Shown here: positions 22,048 through 36,353 of the stretch, one piece after another | Layout: the number at the start of each line of letters is the position of its first letter | Position numbering within the stretch: position 1 is the stretch's first letter | NCBI RefSeq assembly: GCF_002113885.1 | Contig: NW_018404269.1 | Location: forward strand, 806,028 to 870,027 | DNA from: Mizuhopecten yessoensis | Lineage: Eukaryota | Length of the DNA: 64,000 nucleotides | Direction: 5' to 3' | Notes under the pieces: generated by a model | What the model was told of the DNA's origin: nothing | The model's database searches: none | Seen by the model: only the letters and a program-made list of their open reading frames with translations | Made by a program: the position numbers and the translations under genes

Positions 22048-23450
22048 GTATTTTGTGATTTCTCTAAAGCCTTCGATAGGGTATGGCATGCAGGATTACT
22101 TTATATAGTTAAACAATATGGCATCTCAGGCAATATCTTAAAAGGGATTTCAGACTATCTTATGAATAGAGAACAAGCAGTATTTATTAACTAGTTCAAA
22201 AACACCATTGCGGGTGTACCTCAAGGATCTGTACTAGGACCACTATTATTTCTGATATTCATTAAAGATATTTCAAAAGAACTGACTTCACTTTCACGCT
22301 TATTTACGGATGACACGTCACTGTCATATTCATCCCCTAATCTTTTCAATATAGAATCTGAAATCAACTCTGACCTGAATAAATTAGAAAAATGGTCAGA
22401 AGACTGGCTTATGACTTTTAATCCGACAAAAACAGAAATCATGACAGTGACACTTTCAAATCTACCCTTTCAACCACGATTCTTCTTTAATAATACTGAT
22501 ATTCAAATAACTGAAAATCATAAACACCTTGGCGTCACATTAAGCAGTAATGGGAAACGGACAAAACATATAGATGATATTATTCGTAAAGCTTCCAAAT
22601 ATATTGCAACGTTAAGAAAACTTAAAATTATATTAAGCAGAAATACTATTGACAAAATTTATCTGACATATATCCGACCACTTCTTGAATATGTATGTGA
22701 TCAGCTATGGGAAAATTGTGGGGAAGCTAATTCATTAAATATTGAAAAAATCCAATTAGAAGCTACTCGGATTGTCACAGGGTTGCCCATATATACTAAA
22801 CTGGAGTTACTATACACCGAAACGGGCTGGACACCATTATGCGTTAGAAGAAAGATCCGTAAATTCTCAATGTTTTATACAATAAATAACGATATTACCC
22901 CCGAATATTTACGCGAATTTATGCCACCAATAATTGGAAACATGTCTAGATAAAATTTAAGAAATGCACACCAAATAAGAATGCCTGATTGCAAATTATG
23001 CGAAACTCCTTTTTTCCATCAACTATTAAAGCATGGAATGAACTTGATGAACATATTAAATCATCTGAAATCTTCAACATTTTTAAATCGAGAATAAACA
23101 AAAGTATCAATAAGAACGAAAATAAACTTAAACAACATTTCCTAACTTTTGGAGCACGTAAATTTAACATATTACATTGTCGTTTAAGAAATCGTGCGAG
23201 TTTTCTAAACTATCATTTATTTACTCCTTTTGTGGTTGTGGGCATCCCTGTGAGGATTCAAACCATTTCTTTTTTCCCTGTCCTAAATATAATCTATCCC
23301 GACTTTCACTTTTTAGGTCAATGTCATGGTACCCTGGTCAAGTAAATATTGATCTTATACTGAAAGGAGATATCAATTCAAGAACTAATGATAACTCAAA
23401 TATTGCGAGAACAGTTCAACTCTACATAGACAGGACTCGCAGGTTCACTT
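22048..23450 (+). mobile_element. 5'-truncated CR1-group LINE ORF2 remnant (RT plus C-terminal Cys/His motif)
   Basis: FCDFSKAFDRVWH...GVPQGSVLGPLLFLIFI...SRLFTDDTSL...YIRPLLEY...SFFPSTIKAWNEL...CGCGHPCEDSNHFFFPCPKY, with stops and frameshifts. A matching 3' terminus lies at about 24030-24110. Confidence 0.92.
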
Positions 23451-24270
23451 CTCTCACTCTTTTTTTGCCCTCTTTGTCTTACGAGATATATATCATGATA
23501 ATGAATGTGTATTATATGTATAATTTGATATTATTTACTTACTGCCTATTACTTTTATGATTTGATTGTGTTCACAACAAAACATGCACTTTTCATTATA
23601 CACATGTATCAATTTCTCCTCCCCATATACAACTGTTATCCGATTACCGTACACAGCTAACATTCACAATCTATATAAAACAATATATTTATCCATACTG
23701 ATTATGCTATGTGGGGGGGCATTTTCCACGAAGACGGACAAGTGGAAACGGATTTCAACAGCAAGGAAGGAAGGACAATAGACAAGCTGAAGGTGTGTGA
23801 AAAGCGATTAGTTTATCAGAAGCTCCGTCTTCTTGGAAAACGAACTCTCACATGTCTCACAATCTAGATGAAAACTAATTATACTATGCAATAAAACTTA
23901 AGTTAGCTTTTTTTTCGAAAGATATCTCGATCTCTTCTTTGTCGAAGAGGAGNATTCTTTCTTGTCATATGTATATTTAAGTAGCTCTAACATTGCGTGG
24001 TATGTATTGTAATCAATTAATTTTTGTCGAAGAGGAGTTCAATAAGATGGCAAAACTTGTGTCCAATTCGTTTGCAACATCTGTTATTTGCAATGAAATA
24101 TGTTTAAATTAATGAGTGTATCGATAAACGGAAATAGGAAGTACATCCCTAGTTGGAAATCCAATGTAGGGAGACAGTATCACAATTCCCGCATATTCTA
24201 ATGTTTAATCTTAAACTGATGAATATTGTATGTTAATTATTGACAGAACAGTGTGTTCTCTCAATATTAA

Positions 24271-24747
24271 GGTATATCATAGCAATCCAGGCATCACTTT
24301 AGTGGGTTTTTTTTATCAGCGAGTCGCATGTGTCCATTTTTCTGTAATTCAGTAAATCGACTACCTATTTCACTACTGTGAAGATTTTCAAGAAAGATAA
24401 CTCTTACATGCAATTACTATGTGTATATGGTTTTATTATAAAATGTCAATGTTTAATCGTTAATAAATAATTTATTTTTCACAATTTCAGCATTTATTAA
24501 ATTGATATACATTAATGCAATACTAATCTATGGCAGTATCATTTTTATTGACATTATTTTGCAAAAAATTGTGTCTTTCATTTTTTCTTCAAAATTCACT
24601 CCTTTTTACATAAATTTCCATTTAAAATCCTTAAAATTCTGACAACCTTTATTTTATTTGTGGCAGAACATTTTCTTTATTTCAAGGCAATATAACTACA
24701 AATTTTGAAGAAATTCTACTGAGAAATGGTGACACAATCCTATTACC
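24271..24747. mobile_element. Possible non-autonomous Kolobok-type DNA element
   Basis: TTAA|GGTA...TACC|TTAA termini, but the TIR similarity is very short. Confidence 0.35.
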
Positions 24748-25429
24748 TTAAACGACATTGGAGGAAGAGCCATATTTAAATAAAATTTGCGCCAATAATT
24801 AATCTGTAGTCATTTGAGCGTTTGACGCAAAATCATTCTCCATACTATCCGAAGCAAAGCGACAAGACTCTTATTGAACAAGGTTAATCTAAACCACGCG
24901 TTACATCACGAGATATTTTACCCTCATACTCAAATGCTGGTAATGTTCATATAGTGGAATGCAGCGCAAATGTAAATAGACTATTTTAATAACTTTATTA
25001 CTGTACATGTATCATTGATAGCGGTTTCTATTAAAATAAATGTTGTTTGATATGCTAGAGTAACGTAAAGCATTGTAAGCTTTATTATATACAGGTTGTT
25101 CAGACATGTAAGCTTGGTACATAAAATACAAATTAATCTATATGATTTGTAAATTTTATCTTAGGTTTTAGTTTGAATCATTTAAATCGAACTCATCATT
25201 TATATTGTCATTTTAATATTTGAAGGGACAAGACGAATTTCAAGTGACCTAGCACAGTAACATTTCTTTGACACTGGGCAGAAGTATTATAGAGATAGTA
25301 ACATATTCTATAATGACATGTGTAAGCATGACCTTAGAGCGATATAACGGGGTCAAGAAATGCATTCAAGTTTAAAACAACATATCTCAGTAAGCTGTTA
25401 ACAATACATGTACTTATCGCCATAATGCT

Positions 25430-28260
25430 GGTTTCCCTATAGCACGGATCCTGTTTTTCATAGTGTACGTTTATATATAGCAAGGATCCTACATGTATAT
25501 TTCATAGTGTACTTTTATATGTATCACGATACTGTTTTTCATGGTGTAAGTTTACATACAGAACGCTATTGTTTTTCATATTGATTTGCATATAGTAAGA
25601 ATATATACAAAGGATACTGTTTACCACAATGTAAGTTTTATATAAGAAGGATACTGTTTATCATAGTGTACGTTTCATAAAACAATGATACTGTTTATCC
25701 CCAGTGTACGTTTTATATAACAAGGATACTGTTTACCGGAGTGTACGTTTTATATAACAAGGACACTGTTTATCGTAGTGTACGTTTTATATAACAAGGA
25801 CACTGTTTATCATAGTGTATGTTTTATATAACAAGGATACTGTTTCCCATAGTGTACGTTTTATATAACAATGATACTGTTTATCATAGTGTACGTTTCA
25901 TAAAACAATGATACTGTTTATCCCCAGTGTACGTTTTATATAACAAGGATACTGTTTACCATAGTGCACGTTTTATATAACAAGGATACTGTTTATCATA
26001 ATGTACGGTTTATATAACAAGGATACTGTTTATCATAGTGTACGTTTTATATAAAAAGGATACTGTTTATCATAATGTACGTTTTATATAACAAGGACAC
26101 TGTTTATCATAGTGAACGTTTTATATAACAAGGACACTGTTTATCATAGTGTACGGTTTATATAACAAGGACACTGTTTACCATAGTGTATGTTTTATAT
26201 AACAAGGATACTGTTTACCATAGTGCACGTTTTATATAACAAGGATACTGTTTATCATAGGGTACGTTTTATATAACAAGGATACTGTTTATCATACTGT
26301 ACGTTTTATATAACAAGGATACTGTTTACCATAGTGCACGTTTTATATAACAAGGATACTGTTTATCATACTGTACGTTTTATATAACAAGTACACTGTT
26401 TATCGTAGTGTACGTTTAATATAACAAGGATACTGTTTATCATACTGTACGTTTTATATAACAAGGACACTGTTTACCATAGTGTATGTTTTATATAACA
26501 AGGATACTGTTTCCCATAGTGTACATTTTATATAACAATGATACTGTTTATCATAGTGTACGTTTCATAAAACAATGATACTGTTTATCCCCAGTGTACG
26601 TTTTATATAACAAGGATACTGTTTACCGGAGTGTCCGTTTTATATAACAAGGACACTGTTTATCGTAGTGTACGTTTTATATAACAAGGACACTGTTCAT
26701 CATAGTGTATGTTTTATATAACAAGGATACTGTTTCCCATAGTGTACATTTTATATAACAATGATACTGTTTATCATAGTGTACGTTTCATAAAACAATG
26801 ATACTGTTTATCCCCAGTGTACGTTTTATATAACAAGGATACTGTTTACCATAGGGTACGTTTTATATAACAAGGACACTGTTTATCATAGTGTATGTTT
26901 TATATAACAGGGATACTGTTTATCATAGTGTACGTTTTATATAACAAGGATACTATTAACCATAGTGTACGTTTTATATAACAAGGACACTTTTATCGTA
27001 GTGTACGTTTAATATAACAAGGATACTGTTTATCATACTGTACGTTTTATATAACAAGGACACTGTTTACCTACTGTTTCCCATAGTGTACGTTTTATAT
27101 AACAATGATACTGTTTATCATAGTGTACGTTTCATAAAACAATGATACTGTTTATCCCCAGTGTACGTTTTATATAACAAGGATACTGTTTATCATACTG
27201 TACGTTTTATATAACAAGGATACTGTTTACCGGAGTGTACGTTTTATATAACAAGGACACTGTTTATCATAGTGTACGGTTTATATAACAAGGACACTGT
27301 TTACCATAGTGTACGTTTAATATAACAAGGATACTGTTTATCATACTGTACGTTTTATATAACAAGGATACTGTTTACCGGAGTGTCCGTTTTATATAAC
27401 AAGGACACTGTTTATCGTAGTGTACGTTTTATATAACAAGGACACTGTTTACCATAGTGTATGTTTTATATAACAAGGATACTGTTTACCATAGTGCACG
27501 TTTTATATAACAAGGATACTGTTTATCATACTGTACGTTTTATATAACAAGGATACTGTTTACCGGAGTGTCCGTTTTATATAACAAGGACACTGTTTAT
27601 CGTAGTGTACGTTTTATATAACAATGACACTGTTTATCATAGTGTATGTTTTATATAACAGGGATACTGTTTATCATAGTGTACGTTTTATATAACAAGG
27701 CCACTGTTTATCATAGTGAACGTTTTATATAACAAGGACACTGTTTATCATAGTGAACGTTTTATATAACAAGGACACTGTTTATCTTAGTGTACGTTTT
27801 ATATAACAAGGATACTGTTTACCGGAGTGTCCGTTTTATATAACAAGGACACTGTTTATCGTAGTGTACGTTTTATATAACAATGACACTGTTTATCATA
27901 GTGTATGTTTTATATAACAGGGATACTGTTTATCATAGTGTACGTTTTATATAACAAGGATACAGTTTGTAATAGTGTGCGTTTGTATATAACAAGGTCA
28001 CTATTCACAATAGTGAACGTTTGTATATAACAAGCATACTGTTTCACAATAGTGTACGTTTTTCTAAACAAGAATACAGTTTGTAATATTGTGCGTTTGT
28101 ATAATACAAGGTCACTGTTTCACAATAGTGAACGTTTGTATATAACAAGCATACTGTTTCACAATAGTGTACGTTTGTCTTAACAAGGATACAGTCTGTA
28201 ATAGTGTGCGTTTGTATAAAACAACGTCACTGTTCACAATAGTATACGTTTGTCTAAACA
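25430..28260 (+). repeat. Minisatellite, 37-bp unit (ACTGTTTATCATAGTGTACGTTTTATATAACAAGGAT), drifting to ~38 bp at the right end
   Basis: About 70 tandem units are visible, degenerate at the left edge. Confidence 0.97.
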
Positions 28261-30495
28261 AGGATATTGTTTTGTAGTAGTTTATGTTTGCCTATAACAA
28301 GAATACTGTTTTGTAGTAGTTTATGTTTGTCTATAACAAGAATACTGTTTTGTAGTAGTCTATGTTTGTCTATAACAAGAATACTGTTTTGTAGTAGTTT
28401 ATGTTCGTCTATAACAATAACACTGTTTTGTAGTAGTTTATGTTTGTCTATAACAAGAATACTGTTTTGTAGTAGTCTATGTTTGGCTATAACAAGAATA
28501 CTGTTTTGTAGTAGTCTATGCTTGTCTATAACAAGAATACTGTTTTGTAGAAGTGTATGTTTGCCTATAACAAGAACACTGTTTTGTAGTAGTTGATGTT
28601 TGTCTATAACAAGAATACTGTTTTTTAGTAGTTTATGTTTGTCTATAACAAGAATACTATTTTGTAGAAGTGTATGTTTGCCTATAACAAGAATACTGTT
28701 TTGTAGAAGTGTATGTTTGCCTATAACAAGAACACTGTTTTGTAGTAGTTGATGTTTGTCTATAACAAGAATACTGTTTTTTAGTAGTTTATGTTTGTCT
28801 ATAACAAGAATACTGTTTTTTAGTAGTTTATGTTTGTCTATAACAAGAATACTGTTTATAACAAGAATACTGTTTTGTAGTAGTTTATGTCTGTCTATAA
28901 CAAGAATACTGTTTTGTAGTAGCTTATGTTCGTTTATAACAAGAACACTGTTTTGTAGTAGTTGATGTTTGTCTATAACAAGAATACTGTTTTTTAGTAG
29001 TTTATGTTTGTCTATAACAAGAATACTATTTTGTAGAAGTGTATGTTTGCCTATAACAAGAACACTGTTTTGTAGTAGTTGATGTTTGTCTATAACAAGA
29101 ATACTGTTTTTTAGTAGTTTATGTTTGTCTATAACAAGAATACTATTTTGTAGTAGTTTATGTTTGTCTATAACAAGAATAATGTTTTGTAGTAGTTTAT
29201 GTTTGTCTATAACAAGGATACTGTTTTGTAGTAGTCTATGTTTGCCTATAACAATAACACTGTTTTGTAGTAGTCTATGTTTGTCTATTACAAGAATACT
29301 GTTTTGTAGTAGTTTATGTTCGTTTATAACAAGAACACTGTTTTGTAGTAGTTGATGTTTGTCTATAACAAGAATACTGTTTTTTAGTAGTTTATGTTTG
29401 TCTATAACAAGAATACTATTTTGTAGTAGTTTATGTTTGTCTATAACAAGAATAATGTTTTGTAGTAGTTTATGTTTGTCTATAACAAGAATAATGTTTT
29501 GTAGTAGTTTATGTTTGTCTATAACAAGAATGCTGTTTTGTAGTAGTCTATGTTTGTCTATAACAAGATTACTGTTTTGTAGTAGTCTATGTTTGTCTAT
29601 AACAAGAACACTGTTTTGTAGTAGTCCATGTTGTCTATACCAAGAATACTGTTTTGTAGTAGTCTATGTTTGCCTATAACAAGAATACTGTTTTGTAGAA
29701 GTGTATGTTTGCCTATAACAAGAACACTGTTTTGTAGTAGTTGATGTTTGTCTATAACAAGAATACTGTTTTTTAGTAGTTTATGTTTGTCTATAACAAG
29801 AACACTGTTTTATAGTAGTTTATGTTTGTCTATAACAAGAATACTGTTTTTTAGTAGTTTATGTTTGTCTATAACAAGAACACTGTTTTATAGTAGTTTA
29901 TGTTTGTCTATAACAAGAACACTGTTTTGTAGTAGTTGATGTTTGTCTATAACAAGAATACTGTTTTGTAGTGGTCTATGTTTGTCTATAACAAGAATAC
30001 TGCTTTGTAGTAGTCTATGTTTGTCTATAACAAGAACACTGTTTTATAGTAGTTTATGTTTGTCTATAACAAGAATACTATTTTGTAGTAGTTTATGTTT
30101 GTCTATAACAAGAATAATGTTTTGTAGTAGTTTATGTTTGTCTATAACAAGAATACTATTTTGTAGTAGTTTATGTTTGTCTATAACAAGAATACTATTT
30201 TGTAGAAGTGTATGTTTGCCTATAACAAGAACCCTGTTTTGTAGTAGTCCATGTTGTCTATACCAAGAATACTGTTTTGTAGTAGTCTATGTTTGCCTAT
30301 AACAATAACACTGTTTTGTAGTAGTTTATGTTTGCCTATAACAAGAATACTGTTTTGTAGTAGTCTATGCTTGTCTATAACAAGAATACTGTTTTGTAGT
30401 AGTTTATGTTCGTTTATAACAAGAACACTGTTTTGTAGTAGTTTATGTTTGCCTATAACAAGAATACTTTTTTGTGGAAGTGTGTTACAAGGATA
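28261..30495 (+). repeat. Minisatellite, 39-bp unit (ATAACAAGAATACTGTTTTGTAGTAGTTTATGTTTGTCT)
   Basis: About 57 tandem units. They are the source of the spurious SITRILFCSSLCL ORFs and are homologous to the adjacent 37-bp unit. Confidence 0.97.
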
Positions 30496-31367
30496 ATGTT
30501 CGTCTTATTGTACAATTGTACATTTTTTTATGATACTATTAATCATTCTGCAGGTTTGTAATCAAACATCAGTTTATCCCTGTCTGAAAAGATGGCTGTT
30601 TTTACATTGGTTGAAAATACTTTTACCAATAAATAGAACATGGTGTGCATGTAGTGAATTCTGGTTGGATTGTGTTCTGTTATATTTCTGTTTAAACAGC
30701 TTTCCTTTAGAGTTCCCCACAGTAGCGTCCATCGCTGGGGTTTGCACAGCTGGCAGAGCCGATTTTTATTTAAATATCGAACTAGATGATTAGTATTGGT
30801 ATATGTAATACATCTCAGTACATGTTTTTGCATATACTGTAAAAGTAGGTGATTCTTAACGTACGATGTTTTGATAGGTGACGTTACATTAATTGACCGA
30901 CCTTGTCCTTGAAATAAGATACTACACCTTTCAGTTTTGCAAAGTATATTGGAAATCATCAGGCGTTCACTAACATCTATCTCTATTAGCAACAGTGTAT
31001 GATGTATCGGGTAGATCAATGGCGGGCATGTGCTTATTGAAGCGCGTGTATATAAATGATAGATATCGACCCAGCTGACCAGATGGGGAGGAGGACACCA
31101 GTACATTGTCGCCAGTACCTGCCGGTTCTGTTAATGCCATAGTGTTAGTGTATTACACTTTCATGTAGAAGTACTGAGCCTCGACATCGGGTACTGCGAT
31201 ACTTACTAACCTATATATATATAGTTATGTTTTCCAGATAGAGGTCAAGCATGCCTACCCAGAGTGACTAAGGAATCTGTCGGAATCCGACCAGCCGCGT
31301 GCTTCAAACGTCACGCCGAAAACCATGGCACTACGAATCCACAAGTATTGGACCAGGTGACGTGAAC

Positions 31368-31563
31368 ATGGCGGGGGAGAAAAATGAGTCTGGTGACTCG
31401 CCTTCCTCCATATTGGACATCGCCCCTGTGGCACCCCTCCTGTGTTCGGAAGAAAAGCCGTCCAACGATGAGGTACCCCCAGTGACAGACACTGTTCCTC
31501 CCGCTGATGGAGGTTGGGGATGGTTCGTTGTTCTGGGCAGTTTTCTGGCTCATTTGATCATAG
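31368..31563 (+). CDS. SLC16/monocarboxylate-transporter-family protein, coding exon 1
   Basis: AACATGG start; PPADGGWGWFVVLGSF is the MCT TM1 signature. The exon acceptor is at 31237 with a TACTAAC branch point at 31204-31210. Donor G|gttagt, phase 1. Confidence 0.92.
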
Positions 31564-32129
31564 GTTAGTAAACAATATTTCTATTTTCAATGATCTCATC
31601 TAAAATACATTCACCTACTGACCTGCAATACTTTGAAGTGGTAGTTTCGTATACTGGAATTACGAAGCCAGCATTTTATTTTGATAAACATTTTCGTATA
31701 ATCGCTTAGGAATCGTTTAAAAAAAGCCAAACGGTACAAGTTATAAAGGTAACGCATGTATTAAATACATTACACTCATATGGCAATGCAGACTATACAT
31801 ATCAACGTTGTTTGAAAAGACAGCCACGAGGTAGCTGTTGAAGATTTATTTAGAGGCAACACTTGCTCTCGGTTTATACCGTGAAATGTTAACGTTGTTC
31901 AATAAGACATAGATGACACATATGTATTTTAACGAAAACTGGACGGCAGTTTAACCATTCTTGTTACGTATTATGCTAAGATAAAAATTGCGAAGTGAAG
32001 GTTGAAATGGGACCGGTAACTGAGCGTGCTGCAGCTGTCACCTGTCGTAAAGGCTGGATTAGCATTAATTTGGTGGTATTAGGTATTATGTAGCAATGTA
32101 GCATGCCCCGGTCAACACTATGTAACGCC

Positions 32130-32640
32130 ACTGTTTGTCCCGATTAAGTTCACATAACACACGTGCCCCTACCATGCCTGCATAATATCTGTGTTATGTC
32201 CCTGACAACCCTACATAACAGCATTGGTGTGTCCATGACAATCCAAATAATACCCATGTCATGTGTCCCTGTCATCCCACATAATACCCGCGTCGTATCC
32301 TTAACAACCCGTCACAACACCCGTGTCGTTTCCCTGTCAACCCACACAACAGCCATGGTGTGTCCCTGACAACTCCACACGATACCCGTGTAGTGTCCCT
32401 AAAAAATGCCAAATAATAACCTAGGTATGTCCTTGCTGACCCCATATAACACATGTTTTATGTTCCTCTTAATCCCACATAATACCGATAATGTGACCCT
32501 GCCAGTCCTACTTAACACGTGCACCCGTCTTATAAATGTCCCTGACAACCACACGTCATACCCTCGCTATGTCCCTGTCACCCCCACATGACACCCGTGT
32601 TATTTCCCCACATTGTACCCGTACGTGTACCTGTTAACCC
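32130..32640 (+). repeat. Highly degenerate ~30-35-bp tandem repeat in an MCT intron
   Basis: Recurrent TGTCCCTG(A/T)CA..CC.CACATAA.ACC motif. Confidence 0.6.
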
Positions 32641-32934
32641 TACATGTATGTGTAGAACTCGCGATGCCCTTACTAATGATAAGATCATAAACACAATATG
32701 TTACCGCGTGGTCACCATGGCGATATGTATACATTACAACTTGCTGGGCGTGAAGCTGGATACAAAAAATCCAATTTTAAATTTGCACGTTAACGATTTT
32801 TGTACCAGATGTAACAGTATCGTTGCCTAGGAACTGAGTACTGCCGATAGTAGTTACCTGGTCATGAAGTAATCATTTTGTCGCACGTCTATTTGTACAG
32901 AGTACTGCATTACTGTGCACTAAACTGTACAGAC

Positions 32935-33600
32935 GTTAAGGTAGACAGACGTCCAGACATCCAGACATTCAGATATACATAGTCGTAAGGTAGACGGACG
33001 TCCGGACTTACTGTACTTCTCTCATGGTAGAAGGATGTCCATATGTACGTAGTCGTAAGGTAGACGGACGTCCAGACGCACGTCTCTGTAAGGTAGACGA
33101 ACGTTCAGATTAACGGAGCTGTACGGTAGAAGAATGTCCAGATGTACGTCACTAAAAGGTAGAAAGATGTCCAGAAGTAAATTACCGTATGGTTGAAGGA
33201 TGTCCAGATGTACGTAACTAAAAGGTAGAAAGATGTCCAGAAGTAAATTACTGTATGGTTGAAGGATGTCCAGATGTACGTCACTAAAAGGGAGAAAGAT
33301 ATCCAGAAATAAATTACTGTAAGGTTGAAGGGTGTCCAGATGTACGTCACTGTACGTCACTGTAAGGAAGACCAGCGTTCAGATTTACCTAGCCGTAAGG
33401 CAGACGGATGTCCACATGTACGCCAATTTACGGTAGACATAATTATGTCCAGTTGTGCGTCTCCGTGAGGTAGACGGGTAAAACAAATAACGTCGCTTAG
33501 AGGTAGACAGACGTCCAGAAGTAAATTACTGTAAGTTAGACAGTAAGATGAAAAATAAAGATCAATTAAACGTTACCGTAAGGTAAACGAATACCAAGAT
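32935..33600 (+). repeat. Degenerate tandem repeat (~31-bp subunits, ~63-bp dimer) in an MCT intron
   Basis: Recurrent GTAAGGTAGA..GATGTCCAGATGTACGTCAC; the 21-aa periodicity of the ORF at 33022-33360 reflects it. Confidence 0.8.
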
Positions 33601-33809
33601 GTAAGTTAATGTAGGTAGAGCGGCATTTTGATTGCAAATCTTTTGAAATCAATCAGATAAAATGTCCCAAACTTTTCGTTTCAAAGTTTCTCTTTAATTA
33701 AGATGTATTGGAACCGGCATTAAAGTTAAGTTCAATGGGTTTCATTTAAAAATGCACCTCTATGTGCGTTATATAATTATGCTTGCGTGCTGGATGCGGT
33801 ATGTTGGTG

Positions 33810-33975
33810 TATTTGCCGACGTTATAGGACTACCTCACTGAAATACCATGCCGAATGCACCCGACACAGATATCCGACCGGTTATATTATACTGATAGCG
33901 AGTAAACTAGTCCATTCGGACCTTGTAATTATATAACCTTCCATGTTTTGGCGGACTCTCAACACCAAGGCCGAA
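33810..33975 (-). mobile_element. Decayed SINE (Meta-domain-like)
   Basis: The - strand reads CAGTATAATATAACCGG...TGTGTCGGGTGCATTCGGCATGGTATTTCAGTGAGGTAG, which resembles the MetaSINE central domain as I recall it. Confidence 0.45.
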
Positions 33976-34084
33976 AGCTAGGTAATGAGCAAGCGGTTTG
34001 TAACGAGGTATAACGTTGCATAAAAACTACTTATTAAAAAAAATGTTTTTAAGAGTCGTTTAAATATTCTCTTCTTCTATCTAG

Positions 34085-34201
34085 GCGGATTCATGCGATC
34101 TGGAGGCGTGATATTCATTGAACTGCAGCACAAATTTCACCAATCAGCGTCAGAAACAGCCTGGGCAGTATCCCTACACACCAGCCTCCGTCTCTTGTTC
34201 G
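34085..34201 (+). CDS. SLC16/MCT-family protein, coding exon 2
   Basis: tctag|(G)GFMRSGGVIFIELQHKFHQSASETAWAVSLHTSLRLLF-G|gtgagt; 117 nt, phase 1-1. Not in the ORF track. Confidence 0.92.
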
Positions 34202-36353
34202 GTGAGTTGGCGCGTAAACACAGTGTTACGTCATAAGCTATGACGTACAACACTGAATTGCAACGAGCTATAGCCTTCTCTATTTATTGCCATACGTACT
34301 TACTGAATGAAATATAGGCTACATATGTAACTGTTGGGAGTATCTTATGCTAGAAAAAACAAGACATTGCATAAGATCAAGTCCAGAGTTATTTCCATGA
34401 GACAACGTTTTTAATATTGCATCTTACATTCAGTCGACATTCGTGTGCACCTTTTAAGCGTTATTTCTTTGTTTACATGTAATTTTCGAACTTTGGACAG
34501 ATTGAGGTGGACCGTCGAATCTTCGATCTGTATACTGACACTGGTAGATGTCGATATCATATGTAGTTAATAACTTGTCTTTAACACCTAAATATTTACT
34601 CGGCGGTTTATCAACACACATCCTTACCGTAAAAACGTGAACTTAAATCCAATCATTATTATTGCAAACGAACTAATGTTCGTACCACTCAGTACATCAT
34701 AAGATGTTAACATCTCACGTTTTACATTAAAACACCATATTTAACGCCATCTTACGAATGCCATTTCTCAAAACTATCCTGTTATTTCTAGCTGCCACAC
34801 ACATACCAGTGATTTATGCTAAATATTTACGTATGTCCGTACCATTTAGTTATAATGTTCATAACAGGTAGATAATGTGCGTGCCGGTTCCTGTGTGTGA
34901 TTGTTTTTTCTTTATATTTACATGGGATGGTATCCAGAGCTATATTTTAATATTATCTTAAAGTCAGATTACACAAACATGTCAAATATGAACATAAATA
35001 TTTATTTATGCAATGACAGGCATTTAAGCACGGCACATACTGATGCATGTTAATGACTATATTAATAAAAAATGAACAGGTAAACCAACATTTGTCGAAT
35101 TGCGCAGTGTCTAAATCATAACAGGTTTCGTGATTGTCGAAGTGAACGTTTGCGATAAGTATAGGAACAGTATGGGAATAGCATTTATTATCACGAACTT
35201 GAGTGGAAATGGGACTGTTTATAAATGATCAAATATCATGTTTAATTCATCTTAGATCGTCAATAATTGCTTTAACTTCTAAAGGTGTGTGACGTCATGT
35301 TAGAATGTCACTCAATTGTGATGCTAAATATAAGTATTTAGCGAACAAACCTCAAAAAAGTCTCTGTGACAGATAAAAAAGTAAGTTTGAAGTTAGGAAA
35401 TACCTGTCATTTGTTTCGTGCTGCATATTATTAAATGACTCTTAACATGCAATGTCTGCTTCGAATATATGGAATGGAGTGCTCGTTAAGGTACTGTCCG
35501 ATCGGGCCTGCAGAAAACCTTCGGCGACGAGAAATTCGGAGGTTTCGATGCCAAAAACCAAGCAATCAAAACGTTCGTAAATCGGGAAATCACTGAAAGT
35601 CATCACACATTCAAATGTATAAGCATTTGTTTAAAACACGATGTTCTTATACCCTAGACTTCCACAAGTCCTAATTCGTTTTGTTTGTTTTTTTGTTATA
35701 TTTTCCCACAATATCTTTTACATAACTTAAGCCACGGCTTCGTCCGCCTTCAAAAGCACAACATCTCTTTGCAAGATGTTTGAATTTGACCATTGTGAAA
35801 CCTGTAGTAAAACTATCCGTCGTCAATTATTTTCAAGCGTTACTACTCCAGAACAGCTACGTACATTTGACTTTATCTGGTCTGGACCATTGTTGGACCG
35901 ACGAGACAAAGTGTTGTTTAAACTGAGGGTGAACCCACTAACTATATGTACAGTTCAGGCATGAAGAGATTATGAATATACTCGTGCTACCTGAAGCCCA
36001 AAAAAACCTCTGGATCCGCCACTGTACCTGGATAGGTTTTGGGGTCCGGCCCCGCTCATAGGTAATTAGTCTTAGTCGTAATTTGGAACAGTTTAGATCC
36101 CCGTCCTTTAATCATATTTTTATAGCTGCTAAATGTTAATAAAGACATGACTACTTGGATTTTCTCTAGCGTCTAGGCCCCACCCCTCGGAAGTCATGCC
36201 CGAAGATTGACCAATGAAAAAGTGTCGTTATAACATACACGTTGTAAAATACAATTTTTATGATCGTATTGAAAACGATTCTTGATAAACATACTTTTAT
36301 AATGACTTGGCAGAATGCTTTATTCTATATATTTGCTATATATCGGTTTTTAG

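Noticed and set aside
23930-24040. Direct repeat TTTGTCGAAGAGGAG as a TSD
   Set aside because: It abuts the single-N gap at 23953 and is more likely a contig-overlap artefact.
25430-30495. CRISPR-like array of 37-39-bp repeats
   Set aside because: Units are head-to-tail with no unique spacers, there are no cas genes, and the context is eukaryotic.
28267-30496. Cys-rich repetitive ORFs (SITRILFCSSLCL)n
   Set aside because: Translation of a 39-bp satellite, broken by stops and frameshifts, with non-ATG starts.
30543-31106. 187-aa minus-strand ORF
   Set aside because: No recognisable motif or splice context; treated as a chance ORF antisense to the MCT upstream intron.
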